A stretch of 64,000 nt of DNA from Spirochaetia bacterium (lineage in GTDB: Bacteria > Spirochaetota > Spirochaetia > SZUA-6 > Bin103): NCBI GenBank assembly GCA_965199955.1, contig CBDATQ010000001.1:1248001-1312000 (forward strand), in the 5' to 3' direction. The notes under the pieces were generated by a model. It saw only the letters and a program-made list of their open reading frames with translations. It ran no database searches and was not told where the DNA came from. Made by a program: the position numbers and the translations under genes. Below are positions 50,215-59,189 of the stretch, one piece after another (the stretch's first letter is position 1; the number at the start of each line of letters is the position of its first letter).

Positions 50215-53163
50215 CTATGGAGGCAGGCCGATGCGGCGCTGAACGATGTCGAACGCGGCCGCCTGCGTCTCGCGGAGCTTCGCGTCCAGCTCGTCGAGTC
50301 CGGCGCACTTCAGCGCGGTCGCCAGCTTCAGCCGCATCGGTTCCGGGGCGTCGCGCACCGGAGCTCCCTGGCTCCACGTCAGGCGGAGCATGGCCTGCAT
50401 CGTCCGCTGCATCCGCACCGCGCCGGCGAGGAAACGGGCCTCTTCCTCCGGGATGACGTCGGCGGCGCCCAGGGCATCGAAGCAGGACGCCGTCGCTCCC
50501 ACGAGCACCTCCGGCGACTCGTGCGCATGGCGCAGGCGCAGGTACTGGGCCAGGGACTCGAGGTCCACCAGCCCTCCGCGCACGTGCTGGACGTCGAACG
50601 GGTCCTGCGAGGGATGTCCGGCGGCGATCGCCTCGCGCCGACGCGCCACGTCCTCGAGCAGCCTCGCAGAGTCGCGCGGGCTGGCAAGCGCCGCCCTGAT
50701 CGCCGCGGTGACCGCCGCGGACGTGGCCGGGTCGCCGCAGACGACGTTGGCCCGGGTCAGCGACATGAGCTCCGAGGTCGACGCCGCGCCCGTGTGACCG
50801 TCCCTGAACTCGTCGAGCGTCGAAACCGGCAGCTCGATCTCCCCTGACGTCCGCAGGCGCTCGTCCAGCTCGTAGAGCCGGCCGTACGTCGATGGACTGC
50901 GGAGGAGGGAGGTCAGTTCGCTGGCCGCGTTTCGATAGAAGGCCGAAGCGTCGATGGGGGTCGGGCCCGTGGTCCTCGACCCGGCCTCGAAGTCCGCCGC
51001 GAACAGCAGGTCCAGGTCGGAGCCGAAGGTCATCTCTCCGGCGCCCAGCCTGCCCCGTGCGACGACCGCGCAGCCGCCGCCCGGCACCGGTCCGTAGCGT
51101 TCGTGGAGCCCGTCCAGCACGTCAGCAAGCAGGCGATCGATGACCGCCCTCGCGACGTCGCACAGGGCCGCGGACGCCTCGTCCACGGTGACCAGGTTCT
51201 CGAGCGCCTGGACGGCCACCTGGAACCGGCGGTCGCCGGCCCAGCCGGCCACCTGCTCGACGCGCTCCGCGGCGTCCCGCCGGCCGGCCAGGCGCTCATC
51301 GAGCTCGCGGGCCAATTCATCCCGCTCGGGGATCGGCAGGAAGAACGACGGGTCCAGGACGGCCTGCAGACGCCGGGGATTCCCCTCCAGGACATCGGCC
51401 ATGCGGGGGGCGCTGCCCATCACGACGGCGATGAGGTTGAGGAGCCAAGTGTTGGCCCGGAGCATGGAGAAGAACGAGAGGTCTTCCGGCAGGGCCGCCA
51501 GGAAGCGGTCCAGGCGGGCGAGGGCGCGGTCGGGGTCGGGCGTCCTGCCCAGCGCGTCGACGATCTCGTGGAGGATCTCGCGGATGATGGTGCGGGCGCG
51601 TTCCGAACCGGTCGACTCATGCCGTCCTTCCGCCCATCCCCGGAAGACCGCGATGGCCTCGGGAGCCCGCGTGAACCCGGCCGCTTCCAGCTTGGCGACG
51701 GCGTCCGGGTGCTCGTCCGGTCCGTCCAGGAGGACGGCGGTGATGTCCTGCTCGCTCTCGGGGACGTTGAAGCGCGTGCGGTAGAGGTCGTGGACCTCGC
51801 CGGCCACGGACTCGATCCGGCGCACCAGCTCCTCTGCCGAGGCAAGTCCCATGAAGGCGGCGATGTGCTTCAGCCCGTCGTCGGAGTCCGGGAGCACTTG
51901 CGTCTGCGCGTCGTTGACCATCTGCAGGCGGTGCTCGACGCGCCGCAGAAACAGGTAGGCGTCGCGCAGGGCCGCCGTTTCCCGCGGCATGATGTGGTGC
52001 TCGCCATCCAGCGTCTCCAGCATCGCCAGCAGTCGGGAACCGCGCAGCCGGCGGTTGCGGCCGCCGTGGGCCAATTGGTGCATGTGGACGAAGAACTCGA
52101 TCTCGCGGATGCCGCCGCGGCCGAGCTTGACGTTGTGGCCGGCCGCGCGGACGGCGCCGTGGCCGTGGAAGTCGTGGATCTGCTGGCTCACCGAACGGAT
52201 CTCCTCGACGGAGGTGAAGTCCAGCGCCTCGTCCCAGATGAACGGCGAAAGCCGCTCCAGGTAGGCCGCGCCGGCCGTCAGGTCGCCGGCGACGGGCCGC
52301 GCCTTGATGAGCGCCGTCCGCTCCCAGGTCCGCCCGAAGCGCCGGTAGTAGTTCAGGGCGAAGTCGACGGTGATGGCGACCGGCGTGGATGACGGGTCGG
52401 GGCGCAGCCGGAGGTCGGTGCGGAACACGTGGCCGTCGGCGGTGCGCGTCTGCAGGATGCGGACCAGGTCCTGCGTGACCCGCACGAAGCAGTCGCTGAG
52501 GGTTCGGGAACCCGTGTAGCGGACCGACTCCGGGTCGAAGAGGACGATCAGGTCGATGTCGGACGAATAGTTGAGCTCGCGGGAGCCGTGCTTGCCCATC
52601 GCCAGGACGAAGTACCCCCACCGGTCCCCGTTCGGCCGTTCCAGGTCGCCGCGCTCGACCCGGTCCAGGAGCAGGTGGGAGACGCTCAGGCGCACGGCGT
52701 GGTCGGCCATGTCGGACAGCAACTCCGCGCACTCCATGACACAGTGGATGCCGAAGCAGTCGTACGCGGCCGCGAGGACTGCCACGCGGTTGCGCTGGCG
52801 GCGCAGGAAGGTCATCAGTTGGTCGCGCTCCATGGCGGGATCCGCGGCGGCCAGGTCGCCGCGCACGCGGCCGGTGATGGCGTCGGGAGTCTGGTCCACG
52901 AGCGCCTGGGTGAGCTCCAGGTCGCGCTGCAGCAGGAGGCTCAGGTGCGGGCTGTTGCCGCAGAGAAACGAGAAGAACGCCTGTCCCGCGGGCGTCTCCA
53001 GCTCCGCTCCGAGCGCGTCTCTTCCCTCGCGGTCCGCGCCGTCGCGCAGCCGGTCGATGCCGGCCTCGGCCTGGTCCTGGTGGTGCGGGCGCAGCGTGTC
53101 GAAACCGTCAGCCTGAGAGGCCAGCGCCAGAACGCTGGGCGAAGCGGGGTCGGCGATGATCAA
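50215..53163 (-). CDS. glnE: bifunctional glutamine synthetase adenylyltransferase/adenylyl-removing enzyme
   Basis: MGKHGSRELNYSSDIDL, DLRLRPDP, WER.ALIKAR, NVKLGRGGIREIEF, second NT domain GRLGAGEMTFGSDLDL; AGGAG RBS before TTG 53163. Confidence 0.93.
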   Translation of the reverse strand: MIIADPASPSVLALASQADGFDTLRPHHQDQAEAGIDRLRDGADREGRDALGAELETPAGQAFFSFLCGNSPHLSLLLQRDLELTQALVDQTPDAITGRVRGDLAAADPAMERDQLMTFLRRQRNRVAVLAAAYDCFGIHCVMECAELLSDMADHAVRLSVSHLLLDRVERGDLERPNGDRWGYFVLAMGKHGSRELNYSSDIDLIVLFDPESVRYTGSRTLSDCFVRVTQDLVRILQTRTADGHVFRTDLRLRPDPSSTPVAITVDFALNYYRRFGRTWERTALIKARPVAGDLTAGAAYLERLSPFIWDEALDFTSVEEIRSVSQQIHDFHGHGAVRAAGHNVKLGRGGIREIEFFVHMHQLAHGGRNRRLRGSRLLAMLETLDGEHHIMPRETAALRDAYLFLRRVEHRLQMVNDAQTQVLPDSDDGLKHIAAFMGLASAEELVRRIESVAGEVHDLYRTRFNVPESEQDITAVLLDGPDEHPDAVAKLEAAGFTRAPEAIAVFRGWAEGRHESTGSERARTIIREILHEIVDALGRTPDPDRALARLDRFLAALPEDLSFFSMLRANTWLLNLIAVVMGSAPRMADVLEGNPRRLQAVLDPSFFLPIPERDELARELDERLAGRRDAAERVEQVAGWAGDRRFQVAVQALENLVTVDEASAALCDVARAVIDRLLADVLDGLHERYGPVPGGGCAVVARGRLGAGEMTFGSDLDLLFAADFEAGSRTTGPTPIDASAFYRNAASELTSLLRSPSTYGRLYELDERLRTSGEIELPVSTLDEFRDGHTGAASTSELMSLTRANVVCGDPATSAAVTAAIRAALASPRDSARLLEDVARRREAIAAGHPSQDPFDVQHVRGGLVDLESLAQYLRLRHAHESPEVLVGATASCFDALGAADVIPEEEARFLAGAVRMQRTMQAMLRLTWSQGAPVRDAPEPMRLKLATALKCAGLDELDAKLRETQAAAFDIVQRRIGLPP

Positions 53164-53288
53164 CGCTCCTGACCGGTCGTGTGCATGATGCGCGGGAGCG
53201 TTGCACGACTCGGCGGTCGATGGCCACGCGCCGCTCGGCTTCTCCGCCACGTTGCCACCGGCACGGCCTCTCGCTATGGTCGGCGGTC

Positions 53289-54482
53289 ATGGAACGGAGC
53301 TGGGTGCTGACCGACGCGGCGTCGGGGTTGTGGGTCGAAACGCTGGAACTGGGACCGGAGGATCTCGGGATTCCCGGCTGCGCCGTGCGCAAGCGGCGCC
53401 TGCGCGGCGGACTCCGCGACGGCGTGGACCTGGTCGAGGTGACCTGCGGGGAGCTGTCATTCAGCGTGGTGCCGAGCCGCGGCATGGGCGTGTGGCGGGG
53501 GAGCTACGGCGGGCAGGCTCTTGGCTGGCGGTCGCCGGTGCGCGGCCCGGTGCATCCGGCGTTCGTCGATCTGGGCCGAGCGCGGCGGCGTCGGCTGGCT
53601 GCGCGGCTTCGACGAGTGGATCGTGCGCTGCGGCCTGGACTCGAACGGCATGCCGGGGACGGACGCGAGGGTGGACGCCGGTGGCCTTGCGGAAGCGGTC
53701 GAGCTGACGCTGCACGGCATGATCGCCAACCTGCCCGCGCACACCGTGCAGGTCACTGCGGACGCCGCCGCGCGGGTGATCACCGTCACCGGACAGGTGG
53801 ACGAGGCCGGTTTGTTCGTGCCGTCGCTGCGGCTGTCGACCTCGATCTCTGCCGGTCCCGACTCGTCGCGGATCACCGTCGCCGACACGGTGCGCAACCT
53901 GCAGGAGACGCCGGCCGAGCTGCAGCTCCTGTACCATTGCAACTACGGCCCGCCGTTCCTGGGCGAGGGAAGCCGCGTGCTGCTGCCGGTCACGGAGGCG
54001 GCGCCCCGCGACGCCCGCTCGGCCGAGGGCGTGGCGGAGATCGAGCGCTACGGGGGACCGACCCCCGGCTTTGTCCAGCAGGCGTACTGGATCCGGCCGG
54101 CCGCCCGGCCGGGCGATACGGCCAGTCTCGCCGCGCTGGTCAACCCTTCGCGGACCGCCGCGGCGGTGATGCGCTTCGACATCGGCGAGCTGCCCTGCTT
54201 CAGCCTGTGGAAGAACACCGCCGGCGAGCGCGACGGCTATGTGACCGGCCTGGAGCCGGGGCACCAACTTCCCCAACCTCAAGAGCGTCGAGCGCGACGC
54301 CGGCCGGGTGGTGGAGCTTCCCGCGGGCGGGGAGTACGCCGCCACGGTGATGCTGGAGGTCGCCTTCGGGGGAGGAGGCCGTGGACGCCGTCGAGTCGGA
54401 GGTCCGGGAGATCCAGGCGGGAGCCGCGGCCACCGTTCACGCCGAGCCGCACGCTGCGTTCGGCGCTGCTGGGGAGGAGTAA
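53289..54482 (+). CDS. aldose 1-epimerase-like DUF4432 protein, split by three +1 G frameshifts (pseudogene or sequencing error)
   Basis: RGG..DGVD, VVP.RGMG, CGL..NG.P, LHG.IAN.PA, LYH.N.G.P.L, YVTGLEP.TNFPN; shifts at G-runs 53573, 54258 and 54368. Confidence 0.8.
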
Positions 54483-54544
54483 GCCTCGCGTAAAGGCGTC
54501 TCGCCCGTCCGTCAGGTGCTGTCGGCCCGCACACTTGCGCCGTA

Positions 54545-55369
54545 TCAGACCGCAAGAAGCACGTTTGCCAAACGCCGGCCGGCTGGAGTCAGCTCGGCGC
54601 ATAAAGAAAGATGTGAAGCATCGACCAGCTGCCGATCAAGGACGGCAATACGATCGTCGGCGAACCCTGATACGGCGGGAACCTGTTCAGCTACCGTTTC
54701 CCAGAAGAAACGAATATTGCTGAACACATATACTCCGTGGAGGAGTCCTTGCACCGAGCGTCCTTCCCCCGCCCACGGCGAGAGTACCTGCTCACTCTCG
54801 CCCCCCGGGTTGCTGACGACCATTGGGAGGATTCGCTCCACGAGCGAAAGCTGCAGATGTAGCGCTTCGTGCACCACATTCTCAGCAAGTCGCTCTACGG
54901 AGTGAGTGTGAGATAGCGGCGGAGCGGAAACGAAGACCGAAAACGACAGGTTAGGGTCGCTATAGCTCACGTCCGTATCCGCGTTTGGCGCGATCAACGG
55001 ATGGACCGAACGGCATAGGGCGGCAACGGTCCCGCCAAATGGGGCCACCTCCCGAATGAGCTTGATGGAGCTGACCATCAGGTCCGGGAAGCACAGTGAC
55101 TCGATCTCGGCGGCCGTTGCGAACCGAAGACCCATCGACCTCCAGTGATCGGCGATCGAATCGGATAGGATCTCTATGCTGACCTTCGATGCGTCTTCGA
55201 GATTATCGATCAATACTAAGTTGTAAGTGTCACCTTCGAGGGCCTCCAAGAAACGCGACGTAGAGTACAGTCTCCAGTCCAAATCTCCGTCATACGCTTT
55301 CTTCTTGAGCTCCATCGGTGCTCCGGGTCGCCAACTGCCAGGCCGATCTACAAACTCTCTCGCAATCAC
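54545..55369 (-). CDS. stand-alone aKG-HExxH peptide-modifying protein (putative beta-hydroxylase)
   Basis: LAENVVHEALHLQL, SPW...RSVQGLLHGVYVF, SYS.P; last gene of the RiPP operon. Confidence 0.85.
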   Translation of the reverse strand: MIAREFVDRPGSWRPGAPMELKKKAYDGDLDWRLYSTSRFLEALEGDTYNLVLIDNLEDASKVSIEILSDSIADHWRSMGLRFATAAEIESLCFPDLMVSSIKLIREVAPFGGTVAALCRSVHPLIAPNADTDVSYSDPNLSFSVFVSAPPLSHTHSVERLAENVVHEALHLQLSLVERILPMVVSNPGGESEQVLSPWAGEGRSVQGLLHGVYVFSNIRFFWETVAEQVPAVSGFADDRIAVLDRQLVDASHLSLCAELTPAGRRLANVLLAV

Positions 55370-55382
55370 GGCGACGATCTGA

Positions 55383-55988
55383 TCAGGGCGGTTCGTGTTG
55401 AAAAAAGGAGTAAACTAGCGTAAAACGTTTTCCGGAGCGAACAGTGCTAACCGCATGATACGATCTCGGAGAAATGGCGAATGCTTGCACAGAACCGCTG
55501 CGCGGTTCGACTATCTGGTGGACGGACTCCGGCGTGGATCCACGAAAGAACATCAGGTACCCGCCTTGATTCGGTTCCCAATTCCGATTGATCTGAAGCA
55601 GGAGACGATGCGTTTCCCCGCCGGATAGATAGTCGTTGTGAATCCGGATCGTCTGTCCGGGCATGAGCATATGGGCCGTGACGTCGACCCGCGCCACAAA
55701 GCGGCAGGCGAAATGCTCAGACATCGAACACCGAAGCGCGGCGAGGACGTCTTCGTGGACGAGATCTTCAGGCACGAGGTCATTCGCGCCCGGGACGATT
55801 GGCATCTCATACTGCTCATAGAAGTCCTCGACAGTCAGCTCCCACGACGCCTCATTCTCCAGCCAGCGGAGCCACGTTTGCTGTTGGTGCGACGACACCC
55901 CGCCTGACCCTATGTAGTAGGGGAATGGCGACTGACTGGCTTCGATCAGCGTAAACTGTGGAAACACTTGAAGCGCCTCAGCGAGCAA
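55383..55988 (-). CDS. yhhC: cyclophane-RiPP-associated 2OG-Fe(II) oxygenase (YhhC-like)
   Basis: FYEQYE, GQTIRIHND (HxD), GG.L.FF, AF.IS..SYHAVS, R.TLVYSF; start overlaps the rSAM stop. Confidence 0.8.
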   Translation of the reverse strand: MLAEALQVFPQFTLIEASQSPFPYYIGSGGVSSHQQQTWLRWLENEASWELTVEDFYEQYEMPIVPGANDLVPEDLVHEDVLAALRCSMSEHFACRFVARVDVTAHMLMPGQTIRIHNDYLSGGETHRLLLQINRNWEPNQGGYLMFFRGSTPESVHQIVEPRSGSVQAFAISPRSYHAVSTVRSGKRFTLVYSFFQHEPP

Positions 55989-57120
55989 CGGGAAACGAAG
56001 CTACTCCGTACTCAGTCAAGCGGGTCATCACGCGGCGAATCACCTTAGCGTGATCGTGGCAGTAGATCGACGGGTTATCGTAGGCACGCTCCGAGCTCCA
56101 TCGATAGAGTGGCATTCCGCCTCCGCATACAGACACGAGCCCGCACTCTCGGCATGCGGTCGCGGTTGGAGTCTGCATCGTGGCGTACTCAGCAAAGTCT
56201 TCAGACGACAAGACGTCCGCAATTGAGGTTGACAGGACATTCCAGGGGGAACAGAAGGAGTCGGCGCCATCGTACGAGCTCCGCAGGGTGTCGTTCTTGC
56301 GGAGTTCACCGTTACTCTCAATAAGCAGAATCCCGTACGCGTTGTCACCCATACCTTCCTTTCGACCCTCTCCCCCGAGACACAGCTTGATCAAGTCATC
56401 GAACATTCGGATTGGGACAGGTGAGTCATCGGACAAGTAGAGGTCCAACAGCACGCTTAGCCAGTCGCCGTATTCGGTACTCTGGAAGCTTGCCTTTCCT
56501 CGAGGAGGATGGTCGTGGTTACCATCCTGCAGAAGAAAGTCCATGCTAGGTGATCCGAGATCCTTGAGAAAGCGGTACACAGACTCGGGCGAGACGCTGG
56601 GCTGGATCACCGAGAGCGTTCCAGCGAATAGAAACTCACTGTCCCGGTGAGCCCTGAGTCGACGAATGCCCCGGATGGTCGCTGCATGGGTGCTGTTTCC
56701 GCGTCGATCAAGGCGAGCGATATCATTCGCAGTCGCCGGGCCGTCGACGCTGACCGATACACTGGTACGAGTGTCCGCGAACAGGTCAAGCAGTCGTGAG
56801 GAGAGGAGCGCCCCGTTTGTCTGTATGCTAATGGGGTACCGGTGTGGCGGCAAGTTGTCCCTAAGGCCGTGGAGCAACATTGCCAGATCCTCGAATCCGA
56901 GGAGGAGCGGCTCGCCCCCGTGCAATACAGTGGCGAATCCCACTTCCTGATCGTCTGCCTGTATAGCGAGGGTATCGCAGATCGCGGAAATGACCTCTCG
57001 CGACATCCTGCTGGGTTGACTACGCCAACTGGTATCGGGACCGCGATAAACGTAACAGTAGGTGCAATCAAAGTTGCATCGGCTCGCGGTCTTTAGCAGG
57101 ATCGTATCTAGATGCACCAC
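55978..57120 (-). CDS. yhhB: cyclophane-forming radical SAM/SPASM peptide maturase (YhhB-like)
   Basis: LLK.ASRCNFDCTYCYVY (CxxxCxxC), LHGGEPLL, QTNG, SVSVDGP, SPASM CRECGLVSVCGGG...YDNPSIYC.D. Confidence 0.88.
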   Translation of the reverse strand: MVHLDTILLKTASRCNFDCTYCYVYRGPDTSWRSQPSRMSREVISAICDTLAIQADDQEVGFATVLHGGEPLLLGFEDLAMLLHGLRDNLPPHRYPISIQTNGALLSSRLLDLFADTRTSVSVSVDGPATANDIARLDRRGNSTHAATIRGIRRLRAHRDSEFLFAGTLSVIQPSVSPESVYRFLKDLGSPSMDFLLQDGNHDHPPRGKASFQSTEYGDWLSVLLDLYLSDDSPVPIRMFDDLIKLCLGGEGRKEGMGDNAYGILLIESNGELRKNDTLRSSYDGADSFCSPWNVLSTSIADVLSSEDFAEYATMQTPTATACRECGLVSVCGGGMPLYRWSSERAYDNPSIYCHDHAKVIRRVMTRLTEYGVASFPVAR

Positions 57121-57149
57121 GGGCCAGACCTCGGTTGCCCTACACGTGG

Positions 57150-57335
57150 CTACCTTCCACGGTTGTGACGGTTGTGCACGCGGTCGTAAGTGGATGAGGT
57201 GTCGCGGTCGTTCCGGACTTCATCCAGCAGTCGAGACAGCACAGGGTTCTGCTCTGCCTGCGGTGAGCCTGAGGCGCTGGTGCCAGTCGCGGCACTGGTG
57301 TCCAGGTGAGCGGGCGATACTATGTCGTTCTCCAC
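57150..57335 (-). CDS. yhhA: triceptide precursor peptide, YhhA-type (61 aa)
   Basis: AGGAGG 8 nt before GTG 57335; leader NPVLSRLLDEV; core YDRVHNRHNRGR with three aromatic-X-X motifs; ends ~30 bp before the rSAM gene. Confidence 0.88.
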   Translation of the reverse strand: MENDIVSPAHLDTSAATGTSASGSPQAEQNPVLSRLLDEVRNDRDTSSTYDRVHNRHNRGR

Positions 57336-57358
57336 GGTTCCAACCTCCTGACGATCGC

Positions 57359-57388
57359 ATAATAACGCATTTTCCATTATAGCGTCAA
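57359..57388 (-). promoter_or_regulatory. sigma70-type promoter of the RiPP operon
   Basis: Minus strand TTGACG-N18-TATTAT; a perfect TATAAT also lies inside the spacer (57376-57381). Confidence 0.55.
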
Positions 57389-57886
57389 GCATGACAGCAA
57401 ATCTCTTGTCCGGCGTGTTTTATGCGCGGTGACGCTACGATGTTCTATGTTGACAGAGAATCGCTGCCGTCGGGCGGCGTGTCGGAGGCAGCCGGAGTTC
57501 GTGGAGCAGTTCGCGGAGGGACCGCCACCGGAGCGGTGGGTACGGGTGCTTCGGGGGACGTGCCGATCGATCACCTGCGGCGGGCGCCCGGTCGGCGCGG
57601 GACCACCGGCCGCAAGGCTCGCACAGGTGGAGACGATCGTCGATGCCGGGGCGAACGACGTCCTTGCCGTCCCCGAATCCATCGTCGGAGGCCAACGGAT
57701 CAAGCGAAGCCCATCCCTGGGCTTGGAAGCGGTGGAGTCTCGGTCGGCGGTTGGTGAACAACGATGCCCGGGAACCTCGGAGGTGGTTGGGGGCGCGCCT
57801 CGTGCAGGGATCGCCGGTGGAACGCCTCTCCGGACACGGTCCGGCTCCGCACGGGCCAGATACAATGATCACCGTGTATAAACGGC

Positions 57887-58797
57887 TAATGGACTGTAAC
57901 GAGCAATCATGCACCGATGTGGCGTGACGGATCAACGTAATGCCACTTCATGACCCGCGGATTCTTGTTGTATTCGCGGATGTATCGCATCAGCTTACTC
58001 TTCAGATCCGCCACCGAACTGAACACTCCGCGGGTGATCAGGTCGCGCGAGATCTTCGCAAACCAAGGTGTGCCGCGTGGCGGTCTTGCCGAGCACCTCG
58101 CCGGTCTTCGTATTGAACGCCGCGTACAGCGCCAGCGTGCCGTGCCGGTAGTACTCGAACCCGTGCCGTTCGTCCCGACCCGGCGACAGCGGCAGCACCG
58201 GGACGTTGCGGTCGAGCGCTTGAATCGCCGTCTTCTCGTCCACGCAGAACACCGCCGCGTGCGCCGGCGGGTTCAGGTACAGCCCGATGATGTCGGCCGC
58301 CTTCTGCTCGAAGTCCGGATCGTTGGAGCTCATGTAGCGCTCCAACCGGTGCGGCTGCAGCCGGTGCTTGCTCCATACCCGCGCCACCATCATGTGCGAC
58401 ACGCCCAGCTTGGCTGCCAGGCGGCGCGTGCTCCAGTGCGTGGCGCCATCGGTCGGCGCCTTGCGCGTGGCGTTGAGGATCCTGGCCTCCACGCTCGGGG
58501 TGCAGCGAAACGGCTTCTGACCGCGGTGCCGGCTGTACAGTCCTGCCAATCGCTCGGCCCGAAAGCGGCCAGCCCACATCGCCACGAAGCCGCGGCTGCA
58601 CTCGGCTCGTTCGCACACTACGTCCCACGTGAGTCGCTCAGCGAGCAGCAGAATGACGCGCGCACGGCGCGCATCCTCGGCTCGACCAGTGCGACTCCTG
58701 GCCCGCTTGGTGAGTTCGCGATGCTCGGCTTCGGTCAATACGATTCCCTCTCTCATGCCTCCAATTATAGTACGAAAACAGATGGTACGGTCCACTA
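57887..58797 (-). mobile_element. IS630-family element, internally deleted transposase
   Basis: TA at both ends, imperfect TIR TAATGGACTGTAAC / TAGTGGACCGTACC. CDS from ATG 58756: THWSTRRLA, SNDPDF..K..DIIGLYLNPP, CVDEK, YYRHGT, then a jump to WFAKISRDLI.RGVF.SV.DL; the second D and the E of the DDE triad are missing. Confidence 0.88.
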
Positions 58798-58830
58798 GCG
58801 ATCCTGCAAGAGGCTAGCGATCCCGCAAGA
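58798..58830 (+). repeat. 19-bp tandem direct repeat GGCTAGCGATCCYGCAAGA, first copy split by IS630
   Basis: Copy 2 at 58812-58830; copy 1 is rebuilt from GGCTA (57884-57888) plus GCGATCCTGCAAGA (58798-58811); 1 mismatch. Confidence 0.75.
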
Positions 58831-59189
58831 TAGGTGCTGACCGCCGACTGGCATGATGAACCGCTCGGCGGCTGGCCCGACGCACCGACGAGGCGCAGCT
58901 CGTCCCGCTACTGCATCGCGAGTAAGCGCGGGCACCGCATCCCGGCGAATCCCGACAGCCACGGTTGACATCTGACTCCTGGCTATTGGATCCTGTGAGC
59001 GTACGATGTGTCCACAGGTGCCTGGCGTCAGCTTTTGTAGCGTAGGCCACCGACCGGTCTTGCTCGGTCGGCGCGCGTCCGGTGGGCTGGTGCAATTGCC
59101 GAAGCCGCACAGTTGCCGCATTAGGAGCAGTGCCCGTAGTTTGATGGGACGCCTGCGGGGCGGAATTCAACGCTATCTCAGGATTGTCC

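Noticed and set aside
54545..55369. HExxH protein as the leader-cleaving zinc protease
   Set aside because: The HExxH...SPW...R...GLLHG.YVF context matches the aKG-HExxH oxygenase family rather than zincins; protease activity is not excluded but unsupported.
55978..57120. Radical SAM as anaerobic sulfatase maturase for the sulfatase at 41-43 kb
   Set aside because: It is operonic with an aromatic-X-X precursor, a 2OG oxygenase and an HExxH protein, 13 kb from the sulfatase and in a compositionally different island.
57336..57392. 80-aa version of the precursor starting at 57392
   Set aside because: The extension overlaps the promoter-like hexamers; the AGGAGG RBS points to GTG 57335.
58965..58995. 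TTGACA as promoter of the ATPase gene
   Set aside because: No acceptable -10 hexamer at 16-18 bp spacing.
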